From Mobula hypostoma (lineage: Eukaryota), in assembly GCF_963921235.1 (NCBI RefSeq), contig NC_086097.1, forward strand, positions 65,226,001 through 65,290,000: a stretch of DNA of 64,000 nucleotides, in the 5' to 3' direction. The first letter of the stretch is position 1. Each line of letters starts with the position of its first letter. Below, piece after piece: positions 38,373 to 51,839 of this stretch. Below the pieces are notes generated by a model that made no database searches, was not told where the DNA came from, and was given only the letters and a program-made list of their open reading frames with translations. Position numbers and translations under genes: made by a program.

Positions 38373-40423
38373 GGATTCCCCTTTTCGCATCTACACCAGC
38401 AGCAATTTATAACAGAAGAGCTGAAGGTGATATCAGAAGGGACGAATGTCAAGGTTCGAGCAGGAAAAACTGGAGAGAGGTTCAAAGGGAGCAGGGACAG
38501 AGGATTGGAGAGGGGAGATGTCAGAGGACACAGCGAAAATCAGAGTTCAGGAGAAAGGACAAGGGATCGTTGGAAATTCATGAGCATTGGGGACTAAGGA
38601 GGGAATACAGTAATCAGGGTTGGATCATATAGGCAGAGTGCATACCCAGCACATCCAGCTAAACTTCTCAAACTGTCTTCCTCAACAATCATGGATACAC
38701 CCTCATCATCTTATTCACTATTGTATGCATTATAAACAGTATCACTCTCTTGGCAATTATTTATTTCACATTTGTCATTCTATATATGCAACTGTTAAAA
38801 TATAGACTACTAGCTTTTTTGTTTCACTACAATGTGCAACCTACATTTTCTGTCCAGGGTTTCTTTTTTGATCCCCTGCTCTGGTATCCCTGTTATAGCT
38901 TAGAGACCTCTGTTTCATGCATCTGAACAGCCACCTGACAACAGAAGGAGTTCATCACTGGCCTGTTGCTCCCAAGTATGTTGTCGTATAACAACATGAC
39001 CAAAGATTAGTAGACAAAAATCAAAGTAATATGCAAGTAATATTGCTGTAGTCTCAAAATTTCAACATTTTAAAACTCAGTAAATCATTTCATGAACATT
39101 GGTTAGTGAGGCAATATAGCACTTTGCAATTCCATGAAGCGATGTGGAGAGTATTTACTCATATAGCTATCATAGTTATAGTTTAGGTGAATATTTAAGT
39201 TATATTTCTTTATTTGCATACAGTGCTATTCTGAAGCTGCATTTCTTACTGAGAATTGCTGCCTTAATGTAATGAAATTGCTAGTAAGACTGTTAAATTA
39301 TTAAAGCCTAACGGTAGTTATGGGAACCAAAGACATGTAACATTACAGTTCAGAAAATCTTCACACATAAAAGATATAGTAAGTAATTGGGACCATTTTT
39401 TCCCTTTTCAGGTGCTTAAAAGCCATTGGATCTATAACATGGTATCCATAGTGTGTACATTTTTGTGGGATACGTGACAGGAACACAAACAGATGCATTC
39501 AACTGACACCATCGAGTGGAAATACGCAAAGAAGGCAGATTCTGATGTCACTTAGTGCGTTTGTGGATCATGTAGAAAAACACCCTCCCCACAACCAACT
39601 TACACTGTTTGATGGGATGGTCCATCACATCTGATTTGTTGCTTGTTGATTTCACCTGATGGTTTTGAAGATTCTATGATTTCACATTTCAAAAGTCAAT
39701 GGGAAGCATTATGGCAAATACTGAAAGACTTTATCCTAACTTTAAGGATTCTGCACAAACCAGTATCTCCTCAACATTGTAGTAGTTCACATCAAAATGC
39801 ATTATGACTGGAGAATAGCAGAACATAGGATTTGACAGGGAAAAAAAATCATGAGAAATGAGGCTATATACATCGAAGATGTTGAAAGCAATTGCCCTAC
39901 ATAAACCTCAGAAAGGTATGATCTGCAACATGTCCAGAATTAATTAAGGAAGTCCTCCTAATAGATATCTGCTACCTGCAGTGGCTGCATCTGCCACCAA
40001 GAAACTTAAGGCAATGGAAGTGTGCTGCGTTAGAAATTCAAGTGATGTGTCTGAGAGGGTAAAATGGGTTTACACAAGATGGAGCCAATGCTTCACCTAG
40101 GCAATATCACAGCAATCAATAATGTAGGTTCAGCATACTTCACAAATCCTCCACTCATTTTTGGGACAAAGCATTTTTATACCCACTATCAAAAAACAAT
40201 GCAATAACTTAATCATAAATTACAGAATTATAACTTTAAATGTTTCTACCCCAAACTCCTTTATTAAAGAATATTCTGAAAATTTGGATGCTGTTTCAAA
40301 CCTTTTCCTGCAGTTTAGCTATCTGTCAATCACCCCCAGGAACAATTATAATATTTAGCTGACATCTTTGGCTGGGACACTTTCTTACAATTTTCTTCTC
40401 AAATTAAACATTTAAATGACAGA

Positions 40424-40730
40424 CGCGTTGGCGCATGGCCAAGTGGTTAAGACATCGGTCTAGTGATCTGAAGGTTGCTAGTTCGAGCCTCAGCTGAGGC
40501 AGCATGTTGTTCCCTTGAGCAAGGCACTTAACCACACATTGCTCTGTGACGACAGCAGTGCCAAGCTGTATTGGTCCCAGTGCCCTTCCCTTGGACAACA
40601 TCGGTGGTGTGGAGAGGGGAGAGTTGTAGCATGGGCAACTGCTGGTCTTCCATACAACCTTGCCCAGGCCTGCGCCCTGGAAACCTCCCAAGGCGCAAGT
40701 CCATGGTCTCACAAGACTAACGGATGCCTA
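40424..40730 (+). mobile_element. Full-length tRNA-derived SINE (family A) with an 11-bp target-site duplication
   Basis: A box TGGCCAAGTGG at 40436-40446, B box GTTCGAGCC at 40481-40489, CORE-like CTTGAGCAAGGCACTTAACC. TSD TAAATGACAGA at 40413-40423 and 40731-40741. Confidence 0.88.
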
Positions 40731-41344
40731 TAAATGACAGAAAATTGCTTGTCAGTTTCCAAAGATGACTAATCTCCTGTGCCTCTGAAGATATCCTTCA
40801 CTGATCCTTTCTGTCAATATTTAAGATGAGAGCTGAAAATAAAAATTATTTAACTTCAGAAATAAAAATGGAAGCAGAATACTTTTAGCAAACGCCAGCT
40901 GACTCTTAGAATAAACTGCCACAGAAATGACTGAAGCAAATAGCAGAGATGTTTTAAGTAACAAATAACTTATATGGAGACAGAGGTTTGAGAAAGATGC
41001 TGAAATAGGGATTAGGCCAAGTTGTTCTGGAAAATATGCTTTTGTTTGAACCTAAAATACTCAGGAGTGGAAAGTCAATCAAGTGACATGTTCCTAAGCA
41101 TGCCAGGACTAAAATAATGGTATAAAATTGATTCTTAATCAAAATCATTTGTTATGTAGACCAATGAAGAATGAATAATTGAACTGCACTTCTATGTGAG
41201 TGCCATGAAAATATACCTTATGCACCTGGTGCAGGTGAAATTTATTCAATCATTGTGCATACACTTTGGTGGCCTCTCCTGTTAAATTGTTCAATGTGTA
41301 TAGAAATAATGCAATATGCTTGCCACTCATTACGCTAAAAAGGA

Positions 41345-44300
41345 GGAACATAGATAATTGCCTAACTCTGCACTGCACGCTTCTACCTCTTACCCCCCTA
41401 CCCGGGATCCAACAAACCTGACTGTCTGATTAGGGTCATTGTCTCTGCCTCGTCCTGCCCCAGTGAACTCATATCGTTATACCTCAACATTCCATCTCCC
41501 TTGGTTCAGTCCCAAACCACCTACATCTGTGACACTTCTCATGCTCTCGAGCTCCTCACTAACTTTCAATTCCCTGGCCCTGACCGCCTCCTTTTCACTG
41601 CTGATGTCCAGTCCCCATACACTTCTATTCCCCATCTAGAAGGTCTTAAAGCTCTCTGTTTCTTTCTCAATACCATCACCTTACTCCATCTGGCAGAACT
41701 GGTCCTCACCCTCAACAATTTTTCCTTCGGCTCCTCTCACTTTCTCCAGGGCACCCACATGGGCCCCAGCTATGCTTGCCTTTTTGTTGGCAGTGAAGAA
41801 TAGTCCACGTTCCAAGCTTTCCCCAGTAATGCTCCCCAGCTCTTCCTCTGCTGCCTTGACGACTGCATTGGTGTTGCTCCATACACCCATGCGGAACTAG
41901 TCAATCTCATCAACTTTGCCTCCAACATCCACCATGCCGTAAATTTACTTGGTCCACTTCTGAGACCACCCTCCCCTTTTTTGATCTCTCTATCACTATC
42001 TCTGGAGATAAACTGTCAACCGACATCTTTTATAATCCTATCGATTCCTGCGGTTATGTTGACTACACTTCTTCCCATGCTGTCTCCTGTAAAAATGCTC
42101 CTCCCTTTTCTCAGTTCCTTCGTCTCCATTGCATCTGTTCCCAGGATGCAGCTTTCCTTTCCAGGACTTCAAAGCACAGGGTTTCCCTTCCTCCACCATT
42201 GATGCTGCCCTCACCTGTCTATTGTGTCTGGTTCTCCCCTACATTGGTGAGACCTGTCGTAAATTGGGGAACCTCTTTGTCGAGCACATCATTTCATCTG
42301 TCAAGTCCCTTTTAAAGGCTAGAGCTGCGGCTTTTAGGTCCGGGGATACTAGTCGCTACACGGAATCCGGGCGTGAACTCCGGAAAGCCATTAAGGGCGC
42401 CAAGAGGCAATATCGAGCCAAGTTGGAAGCCCAGGCTAACCAAAAGGATGCCAGTAGACTATGGCAGGGTCTAAATGAGATCACTGGGCGCAAAGAAAAG
42501 GTTGGGAATATCAATAACTGTGGCACTTCTCTTCCTGACGAACTTAACGTATTCTACGCAAGATTCGAACAGAAGAGGAGCGTCCCACTCCCTCCGGATG
42601 AACCGAACCTGGTGGCATTGAGATTCATCGTCACCAAGGAGGACATTAGAAGGGCCTTCCTGAAGATAAATCCAAGGAAGGTGACGGGCCCAGATGGCGT
42701 CACAGGACGGGTTCTCCAGGCCTGTGCAAGCGAGCTAGTTGGAGCGTTTGCTGACATCTTCAACTGCTCCTTGCTTCAGTCTAAGATCCCCTCGTGTTTT
42801 AAGAAGGCAATGATAATCCCAGTGCCGAAGAAGAGCAAGGTGGCATGCCTGAATGACTATCGAGCTGTGGCTCTGACATCAATTGCTATGAAGTGCTTCG
42901 AGAGATTGGTTATGGCACACATCAACCACAGCCTACCGGTCAACCTCGACGCTTTGCAATTCGCCTACGGGAGGAACAGGTCAACAGCAGATGCCATCTC
43001 TCTGGCCCTACATTCCTCCTTAGAACACTGGGAGAGTAAAGTCGCAGACGTAAGACTCCTTTTCATTGACTACAGCTCTGCCTTTAATACCATCATTCCA
43101 AATAAACTGATTCCTAAGCTCCGGAACCTGGGCCTTAGCACTCAGATCTGCAGCTGGATCTTCAACTTCCTCACAGACAGGACCCAGGCTGTAAAAATAG
43201 GGGACAAGCTCTCCTCTACAATCACTCTGAGCACCGGTGCCCCACAAGGCTGTGTACTCAGCCCCCTGCTGCACTCTCTGTACACCCATGATTGTGTAGC
43301 CAAGTTTCCATCAAACTCAATATGTAAGTTTGCTGATGACACAACAATTGTAGGCCGTATCTCGGTTAATGATGAGTTTGAGTACAGAGAGGAAATTAAG
43401 AACCTGGTAGCATGGTGCAAAGACAATAACCTATCCCTCAGCATCAGCAAGACGAAGGAATTGGTTGTTGACTTCAGAAGGAGTCAAGGACCGCACAACC
43501 CAATTTACATCGGCAAGTGGAACAGGCCAAAAGCTTTAAGTTCCTCGGGGTGAATATCACAAATGACTTGACTTGGTCCAACCAAGCAGAGGTCACTGCC
43601 AAGAAGGCCCACCCGCGCCTTTACTTCCTGAGAAAACTAAAGAAATTTGGCCTGTCCCCTAAAACCCTCACTAATTTTTATAGATGCACCGTGGAAAGCA
43701 TTCTTCAAGGCTGCATCACAACCTGGTATGGAAGTTGTCCTGTACAAGACTGAAAGAAGCTGCAGAAGATCATGAACACAGCGCAGCACATCACACAAAC
43801 CAATCTTCCGTCCATGGACTCACTTTACACCGCACGCTGTCTGAACAGTGCTGCCAGGATAATCAAGGACACCACCCACCCAGCCAATACACTTTTCGTC
43901 CCTCTTCCCTCTGGGAGAAGGCTCAGGAGCTTGAAGACTTGTACAGCCAGATTTGGGAACAGCTTCTTTCCAACTGTGATAAGACTGCTGAACGGATCCT
44001 GACCCGGATCGGGGCCATACCCTCCAAATATCCGGACCTGCCTCTCGGTTTTTTTGTACTACCTTATTTTCCATTTTTCTATTTTCTATTTATGATTTAT
44101 AATTTAAATTTTTAATATTTACTAATTTTTACTATTTTAAATATTTAATATTTGTAATCCAGGGAGTGGGAAGCGCAGAATCAAATATTGCTGTGATGAT
44201 TGTACGTTCTGGTACCAATTGTTCGGCGACAATAAAGTATAAAGTATCTGCCAGAAGTGGAACTTCCCAGTGGGTAGACCTTTTAATTCTGATTTCCATT

Positions 44301-44791
44301 CTGACATGCCAAGTCCATGGCCTCTTCTTGTGTCATGATGAGACCACCCTCAGGGTGGAGGAGAAGCACCTTGTATTCCATCTGGGTAGCCTCTAACCTG
44401 ATGGCATGAATATCAATTCCTCCTTCCAGTAAAAGCTTTTCCCCCCTCCCCCCCCCACCCATCTTATATTCCCCACTCTGGTCTCTTACTTCTTTTCACC
44501 TGCCAATCACTTCACACTGGGTCCCTCTTCCTTCAGGCCCACTCTCCTCTCCTGTCAGATTCCTTCCTCCAGTCCTTTACCTTTGCTACCCACCTTGCTT
44601 CACATATCACCTTCTAGCTACCCTCCTTCCACTCCCCCCATCTTCATATTCTGTTGTCTTCGCTTCCTTTCCAGACCTGAGGAAAGGTCTTAGCCCCAAA
44701 ATGTCAACTGTTTATCTTTTCCATAGATGCTGTCTGACCTGCTGAGCTCCTCCAATATTTTGTGTGTGTTGCTTTGGATTTCCAGCATCTG
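41345..44791 (+). mobile_element. Penelope-like element (41345-42289 and 44246-44791) split by a Rex1 LINE
   Basis: FTADVQSPYTSIPH, GTHMGPSYACLFVG, YIGETCRKLG..FVEH. It resumes with TTLRVEEKHLVFHLGSL and a terminal repeat with a decayed hammerhead. Confidence 0.88.
42290..44245 (+). mobile_element. Rex1/Babar LINE, 5'-truncated, RT frame largely open
   Basis: Open frame 42290-43553 with [39 protein letters not shown]. Tail GACAATAAAGTATAAAGTA. Confidence 0.95.
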
Positions 44792-44867
44792 CACAACTGC
44801 AAGTGGAAAGAAAGAATGCAAATTTGTTTGACAGACAGATTAACAGAACTAGTTGTCAGATATGGTA

Positions 44868-45548
44868 AATGAATTGAATTGACTTTATTTCTTACATCCT
44901 TCACGTACATGAGGAGTAAAAATCTTTACATTGCGTCTACGTCTAAATGTGCAATCACAGTAATTTATAATAATTTATAATAAATAGAACAGTCAATGTA
45001 ATATAGAGTACATTCAAATCAGCGTGAGTTCATCAGTCTGATGGCCTGGTGGAAGAAGCTGTCCCGGAGACTGTTGGTCCTGGCTTTTATGCTTTGGTAC
45101 CGTTTCCTGGTAGCAGCTGGAATAGATTGTGGTTGGGGTGTTTCGGGTCTCCAATGATCCTACGGACCCTTTTTACACACCTGTCCTTGTAAATGTCCTG
45201 AATCATGGGAAGTTCACAACTACAGATGCACACGAGGTCACACCACGCGAGGTCCTTGGTGATGTGGATGCCGAGAAACTTAAAGCTGTTTACCCTCTCA
45301 ACCCCAGATCCATTGATGGGTTAGCCCATCTCCAATCCTCCTGTAATCCACAACCAGCTCCTTTGTTTTTGCAACATTGAGGAAGAGGTTGTTTTCTTGA
45401 CACTACTGTGTCAGAGAGATGACTTCTTCCCTGTAGGCCACCACATTATTGTTTGAGATAAGGCCAATCAATATACCATCGTCGGCATATTTAGTTAGCA
45501 GATTGGAGCTGTGGGTGGCGACACATTCATAGGTATACAGAGAGTAAA
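44868..45548 (-). mobile_element. Rex1/Babar fragment with internal deletions
   Basis: Minus strand KYADDGIL..LISNNNVVAYREEV...NNLFLNVAKTKELVVDY. Tail AATAAAGTCAATTCAATTCA. Confidence 0.8.
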
Positions 45549-46656
45549 GAAACGGAGCTGCAATTATTTGGTATCATTCTGAGACATCCCACAAAGTCTT
45601 CAGCACACAAAGTAGATGGTTTGGTAACAATTTCAGTGGGCATCTAGCACATCCAAGGAGGAGAAGGAAGGTAGAAGGTCAGGCCTACTGCACCAAGAAG
45701 CAACACTATTGCATTAACTTGCCTGAAAGCAAAGACACCAGTAGTTAAGATTTCCAAGGACAGTTATGGCACAGCTTGTCACCAAGAACGGGAAGAGTTC
45801 CAGCTACATATCCATGCCTGAGCAGTTCTGTCCACAGCTGAATGTCTTGTCACCTTAACTTCTGGATTAATTCAGGCAGCCGCAACTAATATCTGCCACA
45901 TGTTCATCATTTGAGAAGATGCAGGGATAGGATTTTGCTTGTCAATTCAGAGTTCCCTGTTAAGCAGAAAGGCGCTTTCTGAATGTGCAAATAATACGTG
46001 ACCACTGTTATGTTATCTAATCCATTTATCCAGGAAGCTTCTTTTAATTTTAATTCATCTTTAATTATTTCACTGTATGTACTTTATTACAAACAAAATT
46101 TCCTTTGAAAAAATATTTAGTTATTTTTGCAGCATTGTATTCAACACATTCCCTCACAAACCATTTCACAATCTTCAAGAGGGTTTGGCAAGAGACATTT
46201 CCCTTTACTCCAAAGACTCAAAGGAACATTTTAAATTTAGAATGGAACTCAGATGGTGGAGAGTGTTTACTTCATTTAGCACAATGTAGCCGACAGCATG
46301 GAAATCCTCTTATCAAACATTCCAAAATTTGACAAATCTTACACCAACACAATGCTTGTGTTTTTAGCTGTGAACCAAACTGATGTACCAACTTATCAAT
46401 TTTTTTTCACCTTCAACAGTAGAATCTGGATCTTTAAAATTAGAAAGACATGAATTATTGTCACTTAAGCATATTAACCTCCTTAGATGGACTCCAGATC
46501 ACACAATACTCTCAGTTGGAAAATATATTTTCATTTTTTTGTGCTCTCACTCATTTGCTGGATTATTTCTATTCTTGTTACAGCAAAGGTGCCTCTTTCC
46601 GAATGGTTTAGGATGGTGATTCTTCAACATCTTCAGTACCAACTCGCAACATACAA

Positions 46657-47082
46657 CAGACATTCCACCTCTCCCGGAAGTTCCGTGAGTCTCCCGCATA
46701 TTGATAGTGGCTCCCTGATGCCCGCAAATTATATACAATATCCCGGAAATCAATTTTTTTGAGAGCGAGCGAGAAAGAGAGAGAGCGAGAGAGCACCATG
46801 GCAGAGTTTTCCAAAGAAACAAAATATAAAACGTACGTCATCCCAGACTAAAGTGTACCCCTGTCTAATAGGGGTCAAAAATAATGACAGTGTTGCTCAC
46901 TGCACTGTTTGCAACAGTGACTTTTCTATTGCCCATGGTGGGGTAAGACTGTAAACTGGCCCGCTAGCTGCTAAGGAGCTACTCTATTGCACACATCCCA
47001 CCTCTCCCGGAAGTTCTGGGAGTCTCCCACAAATTGATGGTGCTACCTCCCTGAAATGAGTTTCTGCAGGGTAGGATGTCTG
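46657..47082 (+). mobile_element. Non-autonomous hAT-type DNA transposon retaining a BED zinc-finger remnant
   Basis: Imperfect TIRs CAGACATTCCACC / GGGTAGGATGTCTG. Residual coding AHCTVCNSDFSIAHGG at 46895-46942. Subterminal CTCCC(G) repeats. Confidence 0.75.
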
Positions 47083-47464
47083 CACACAATGAATGCTCAA
47101 CTGCCAAAGATGCCCATCATTCATGAGTAAGCACAAGAGAAACATGAATCCCCTGTGTAAAAGTGCAGACTTTTTAAGAACAAAACAAGTATATGCTGAA
47201 GATCTGAGAAGTATTTCCACACAATGGGAAGCCATGCTGTGATTCACAAGGAAATTCCTCTGCTGGTATTTTGATTTTGTGTTTGCATATATATTTGAAT
47301 GGAAAATCTGCTACATTTGCATTTAGAGTCTAAATATACAAATGCATTTCAGCTCAAATCAGCAGATCCTCAGGCTGAAGATATTTCTCATGTCGCCTCA
47401 ATGGTAGATACATGAAGGTTCAAAGATTATGATGGCAAACTGAATAATAGAACATGTAACACTC

Positions 47465-47747
47465 AAGTGGTTAGGGCATTGGACTCACGATCTGAAGGTC
47501 GTGGGTTTCAGTCTCGGCCAAGGCAGCATGTTGTGTCTTTGAGCAAGGCACTTAACCACACGCTGCTCCAGTCCTCCCAGCTGAAAATGGGTACCGGCAA
47601 ATGCTGGGGGTTAACCTCGCGATAGACTGGCGTCCTATCGGGGTGGGGGGGGGGGGAAGTCTTGTACTCTCTGTCGCTTCATGCCACAGAAACAGGCATA
47701 AGCACCGGCCTGATGGGCCACAAGGCTTGGGACAGACTTTAACTTTA
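47465..47747 (+). mobile_element. tRNA-derived SINE (family B): same head as family A, different body and tail
   Basis: CAAGTGGTTA...GATCTGAAGGT...GGCAGCATGTTGT...TTGAGCAAGGCACTTAACCACAC is shared with 40440-40540. It then continues AATGGGTACCGGC...GCGATAGACTGGCGTCC...CAGACTTTAACTTTA. Confidence 0.82.
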
Positions 47748-49972
47748 AACACTAAATCACAACCAAATATGTTTTAGTCTGGAAAAGTATTAAATTTCAG
47801 ACCAGCCAAAGAACATAGCTTGCAAAATTAATGACTTACAAGTGGCTATTTATTATCTTGATGAGAATCCCTGGGAACAGGCCATGGGGCACACATTTCC
47901 ACGTTATGCATTGGAAAAGACAAATGTTGGTAAAAGCTATTGGATTTCTCTTCAAACTTCACAAATTTACAATTTAAGAGGATTTGTTAAACAGGTTTTT
48001 CATTACTACAGCTGTCCAAAGACACTAATTTGTAGAATAGATCTGAAAGGATTCTTCTCAGTCTGAGGCATACACTAATGTTTGTTCTACCGATCTTGAT
48101 GAGACATTCTGTCAAAAGCTTCACAGTAGTTTGTTCAGAGCATATTCCAAGAGAATTCACTACCATGCCCTTTTGGGGAAGCCTCAGGGGTCCTCCAACA
48201 TTGATATTAAAGTTACATTTCTAGGAGTCCTTCTCCAAAGTAAATAGATTCCTAATGAATGAAATACCTGGGAGTAGTATCAACACAACAGAGAGGGTCT
48301 AAGAAATAATTTAACTGTGATCCACTCATCAAAAATCCATGGTCCTTCAATCAAGTTTCAATACCACTTTGAAGCGTTCCACACATCTGACTTTAAAATT
48401 CAGCCAAGGAGCAAGAACTCAGCACTCCCATCATTGTCGCAAACACTATAAATCAGCAACTGGGCTAAATCAGTAGCGGAGCTGCAGAGCTTCTTGAAAT
48501 GATATATTGTTGCAGAACGAGTGAAACTTCAAAATACCTGTGTATGCATGTGCGTTTAAAGTTTAACATATAGATTCATTTTAGTATCGAGATGCATTAA
48601 TTTCATAGTAATGACAACAATATAAAAAAATTAAGAAATAGGCATTGAATCCCATTAGTTGTAATGAGCTTACAGCATTCTGCATTGGTTTCATTCAACA
48701 CGTATTATACAGTGAGGAATAAATTCAAAGGAAAAATCAAACATGAATGGCTTAAAATAATAGAGTTCCAGATAAGATTGCAGTTTCAAACAAAATAAAT
48801 AAAATGCATTTCAAAAAATCTTGAAATGTAAGTTAAAGAAAAATTGTAATTAAAGTATAAGTAATAAAGTGATATAACACATAACATTTGTGGTAGACTA
48901 TAATATAATTAATTTGCCAGCTCACCTCATTACCAACCTCGTCACTACTGACTCTCTATTGTAGCCTCCAGGGTTCAATTTCTTTACAAGAAATAATCAA
49001 TTGACTTGGTGGAGGCTCCATGTTGTAAGAAATCTCATTTAGATCAGAATTTAACAGTCAAAAGATTGAGTGGCTGCATGAGATTTGAATTCAATTATAT
49101 TCTTTAATTGACAGCGGCACAATTTCTAACAAGAGAATTCTTAAGGTAAAGTTAGTTAATGCCTTTAACGTAAAGAATTGCCTCCACCTATTCACTCTTT
49201 CCTGAACAGTTCAGTGATGTATGATTATAATTCAGTTCATTTGGAGTTCGCTCTACTACAGCACATTATTAAATGCCATAAATATGATGGGAGCAAAAAT
49301 ATATGAAACTAGAAATTTGTGAACTTCACTACAAGATTGAATATCATCAAGATATATATCACAAAATATAGCTTAAAACTATGGTTCACTCATCTGAAAA
49401 TATTTAGAACGCTTGCTTTTCACTTAACATCTTCAAAACCTCCTAAAATTGCCTCGTGCAGGAGTGAAATCAATAATCTTGAAGCTCCTCATTACATTTC
49501 TGCAATTAAGTGGAAGTAATATATCATGATGTATCCAAACCTCATCTTCTTAACATATGATGTTTTAAATCTGAGAACGGCTGGCACAAATTATTTAAGA
49601 TTTTCCATCATGTCAAAGATTTAGCTGCAATACAGCTAGCTGAACAACACACTCTGGCAGTAAATGCAGAGTATTACTGTTTAAGTAAACCTCTTGACCA
49701 GCCTAGGAATGACATTATACATAGTGTCATGTGACATGAATGACCCGAACTAACCCATTGAAGCAGTGAATATGAGAAATTGAATAATGAATAATGAATT
49801 AAAATGGTGAAAATATCAAATAATTAGCTCCCCAAAATCCAGGTATTCTATCTAATTGATACCATGAAGTAGCAGGTATGTTTTCCAGGTGGATTATGTG
49901 AAATACACAATCCTTCTTCAGCAGTGGAAATATAGTTCATTAGCCAGTTTTCTTGCAATATTGTTGCAAAAT

Positions 49973-50300
49973 GATTCAAGATCCAAGATAGTTAATTGTT
50001 ATTCTTTGGTACACAAGTGTAAAGGTGAATGAAATGATTATTACTCCAGATCCGATACAGCATAATAAACACAAGCATAGAGAATACAATAAAACAAGAA
50101 ATACATAAGCATGAAAGCAATCCTATAAAACACAACATATGAGCAGCTGCTTGAGTGTGGCTCTATATGCATAAGATTAGGTTATATCCATAGACTGTAT
50201 GTACATAAGTCACGTTCAGCTAGGTGCAGGAGTATCTGTACATTAGGTAACTGACAGGAAATGATGAACTGAAAATGTGACTCTTGGCATTAGAAACTCT
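49973..50300 (-). mobile_element. Decayed Rex1-type 3' UTR
   Basis: Minus strand ends GAATAACAATTAACTATCTTGGATCTTGAATC. Confidence 0.5.
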
Positions 50301-50664
50301 TGTAGGTAGCAGCAGAGCATATGAAAACACAGCAGGACAGTGACTGTATCAGTGCGGTACAAGGTGTGGAGTTTGAGTGTAAAGCAGCAGTGCATGGGGG
50401 GAGATGAAGGATGCTGAGAGGTTGCAGAGAGGTGTGACTGTTGTGTATGTAGTGGTGGTGGGGGATATCATCATTATAGTGAAAATGAATACAGAATTTG
50501 AAGAATAACTACAACTAAGTTATTATTACCCCAAGCATACCTTGTAACATTTTAACTGACTGACATGCCACAGCCACAGCAAGATATCCTTCATGGCTCA
50601 CACAGGAATAATCACCATCTATGGTGCAAAATACTAAAAAACAAGTGTGCTATTTTTTCTGATG

Positions 50665-51160
50665 CAATAGAAAGAGGAGTAGGCCACTTGGCCTCTCAAG
50701 GCTGTCTCACCATTCCATGTATCACATCTAATCTGCTCTGGTCTTCATCTCTTCTGTGCAAGTTCCCCATAATTCTAAATTCCTGATCTTTAAAAAACAC
50801 GTCCTCCTTAAATTCCTTGAATGAAATACCCTCCATAACCATCTACGATAGACAATTCCAATGGTTCAACCAATCTCTTCAATAAGTTTCTACACAGCCC
50901 AGTTTTAAAGGACCACTCCTTTATCTTGTAACATGGTTAAGGGTTATGGAGAGAAGATGACAGAACAGGGTTGAAAAAGAATCAGCTATCATTAAATGGC
51001 AGGGCAGATGTAGGCCAAATGGCCCAGTTCTGCTCCTATATCTTATGAAATTTTGGTGACTGTGTCCTGTTTCAAGTAGAAACTTCTCAACATTTACCTT
51101 TCATGACTCCTTAGGATCTGATAAGTTTCAACAAGACTCTTTTAAATTCACTCTTTTAAA
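50665..51160. mobile_element. Old CR1 tails (a minus-strand copy with a plus-strand tail at about 50937-51047 inside it)
   Basis: AGGAGTAGGCCAC... matches the CR1 tail at 34837. AAGGGTTATGGAGAGAAG...TCTGCTCCTATATCTTATG is a forward CR1 tail. Confidence 0.6.
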
Positions 51161-51839
51161 TTCCACATCTATATACAAAGAAGAACACATCTCTCACCTA
51201 ACATAACTACATTATTTCATTTATCTACATAAAATTAGATTTTTTTTTTACCAAATCCATATTAAGATAATTAGTGAATAGATAGGCTGATGTTAATTTA
51301 TTAATGTTTGCTCTTTCCCTGTAAAAGAGAGAGCATTTCTGCATTAACCAGCCTATCAATTCCCTAATAGTATTCATATGCATAAGATGAAATATCTAAG
51401 TTTCTTATTGTTCTCTTTCTTAATAAAACTATCATATATTCCATACAGTTTCACCTAACCTCCATTACTATGGGGTGTACAAGACAGAGGATGTGACTGT
51501 AGTTAAATTAACAATGTGCACATTGAAATTGGCCAAGAAAGAAAAAAAATCACGAAACAAAATTGCTCTAATAAACATTTTACTACTTTAGATGTTAAAA
51601 CTTTTGGGAATGGGCACTTTCTGATTTATATAATGTAAGAACTGTTGTCAAAACCAAAAAATAACATCAAATATCATAACTGATCGTGGTGTTTCTAATT
51701 TATTTACTGCAGAGTTCTATTTAGGGTAACAGTTTCATAAATAAGTGGTAAAATGGTGTTGCATAGGTCCCAAGATTGGCTTTTAAACATAAATGGAATA
51801 GGGATAAAAGAAAATCATCTTCACTGAAGCTACAGGACT

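Noticed and set aside
39395..39480. Strong splice acceptor TTTTTTCCCTTTTCAG
   Set aside because: No convincing donor or recognisable coding frame follows.
40424..40500. tRNA gene
   Set aside because: The A and B boxes are present, but the sequence continues into a repeated SINE body with a TSD. The same applies to the heads at 8135 and 47465.
42129..43553. 474-aa ORF as a PLE-Rex1 fusion gene
   Set aside because: This is a chance in-frame junction where Rex1 inserted into a decayed PLE. It has no real start and the RT is truncated and frameshifted.
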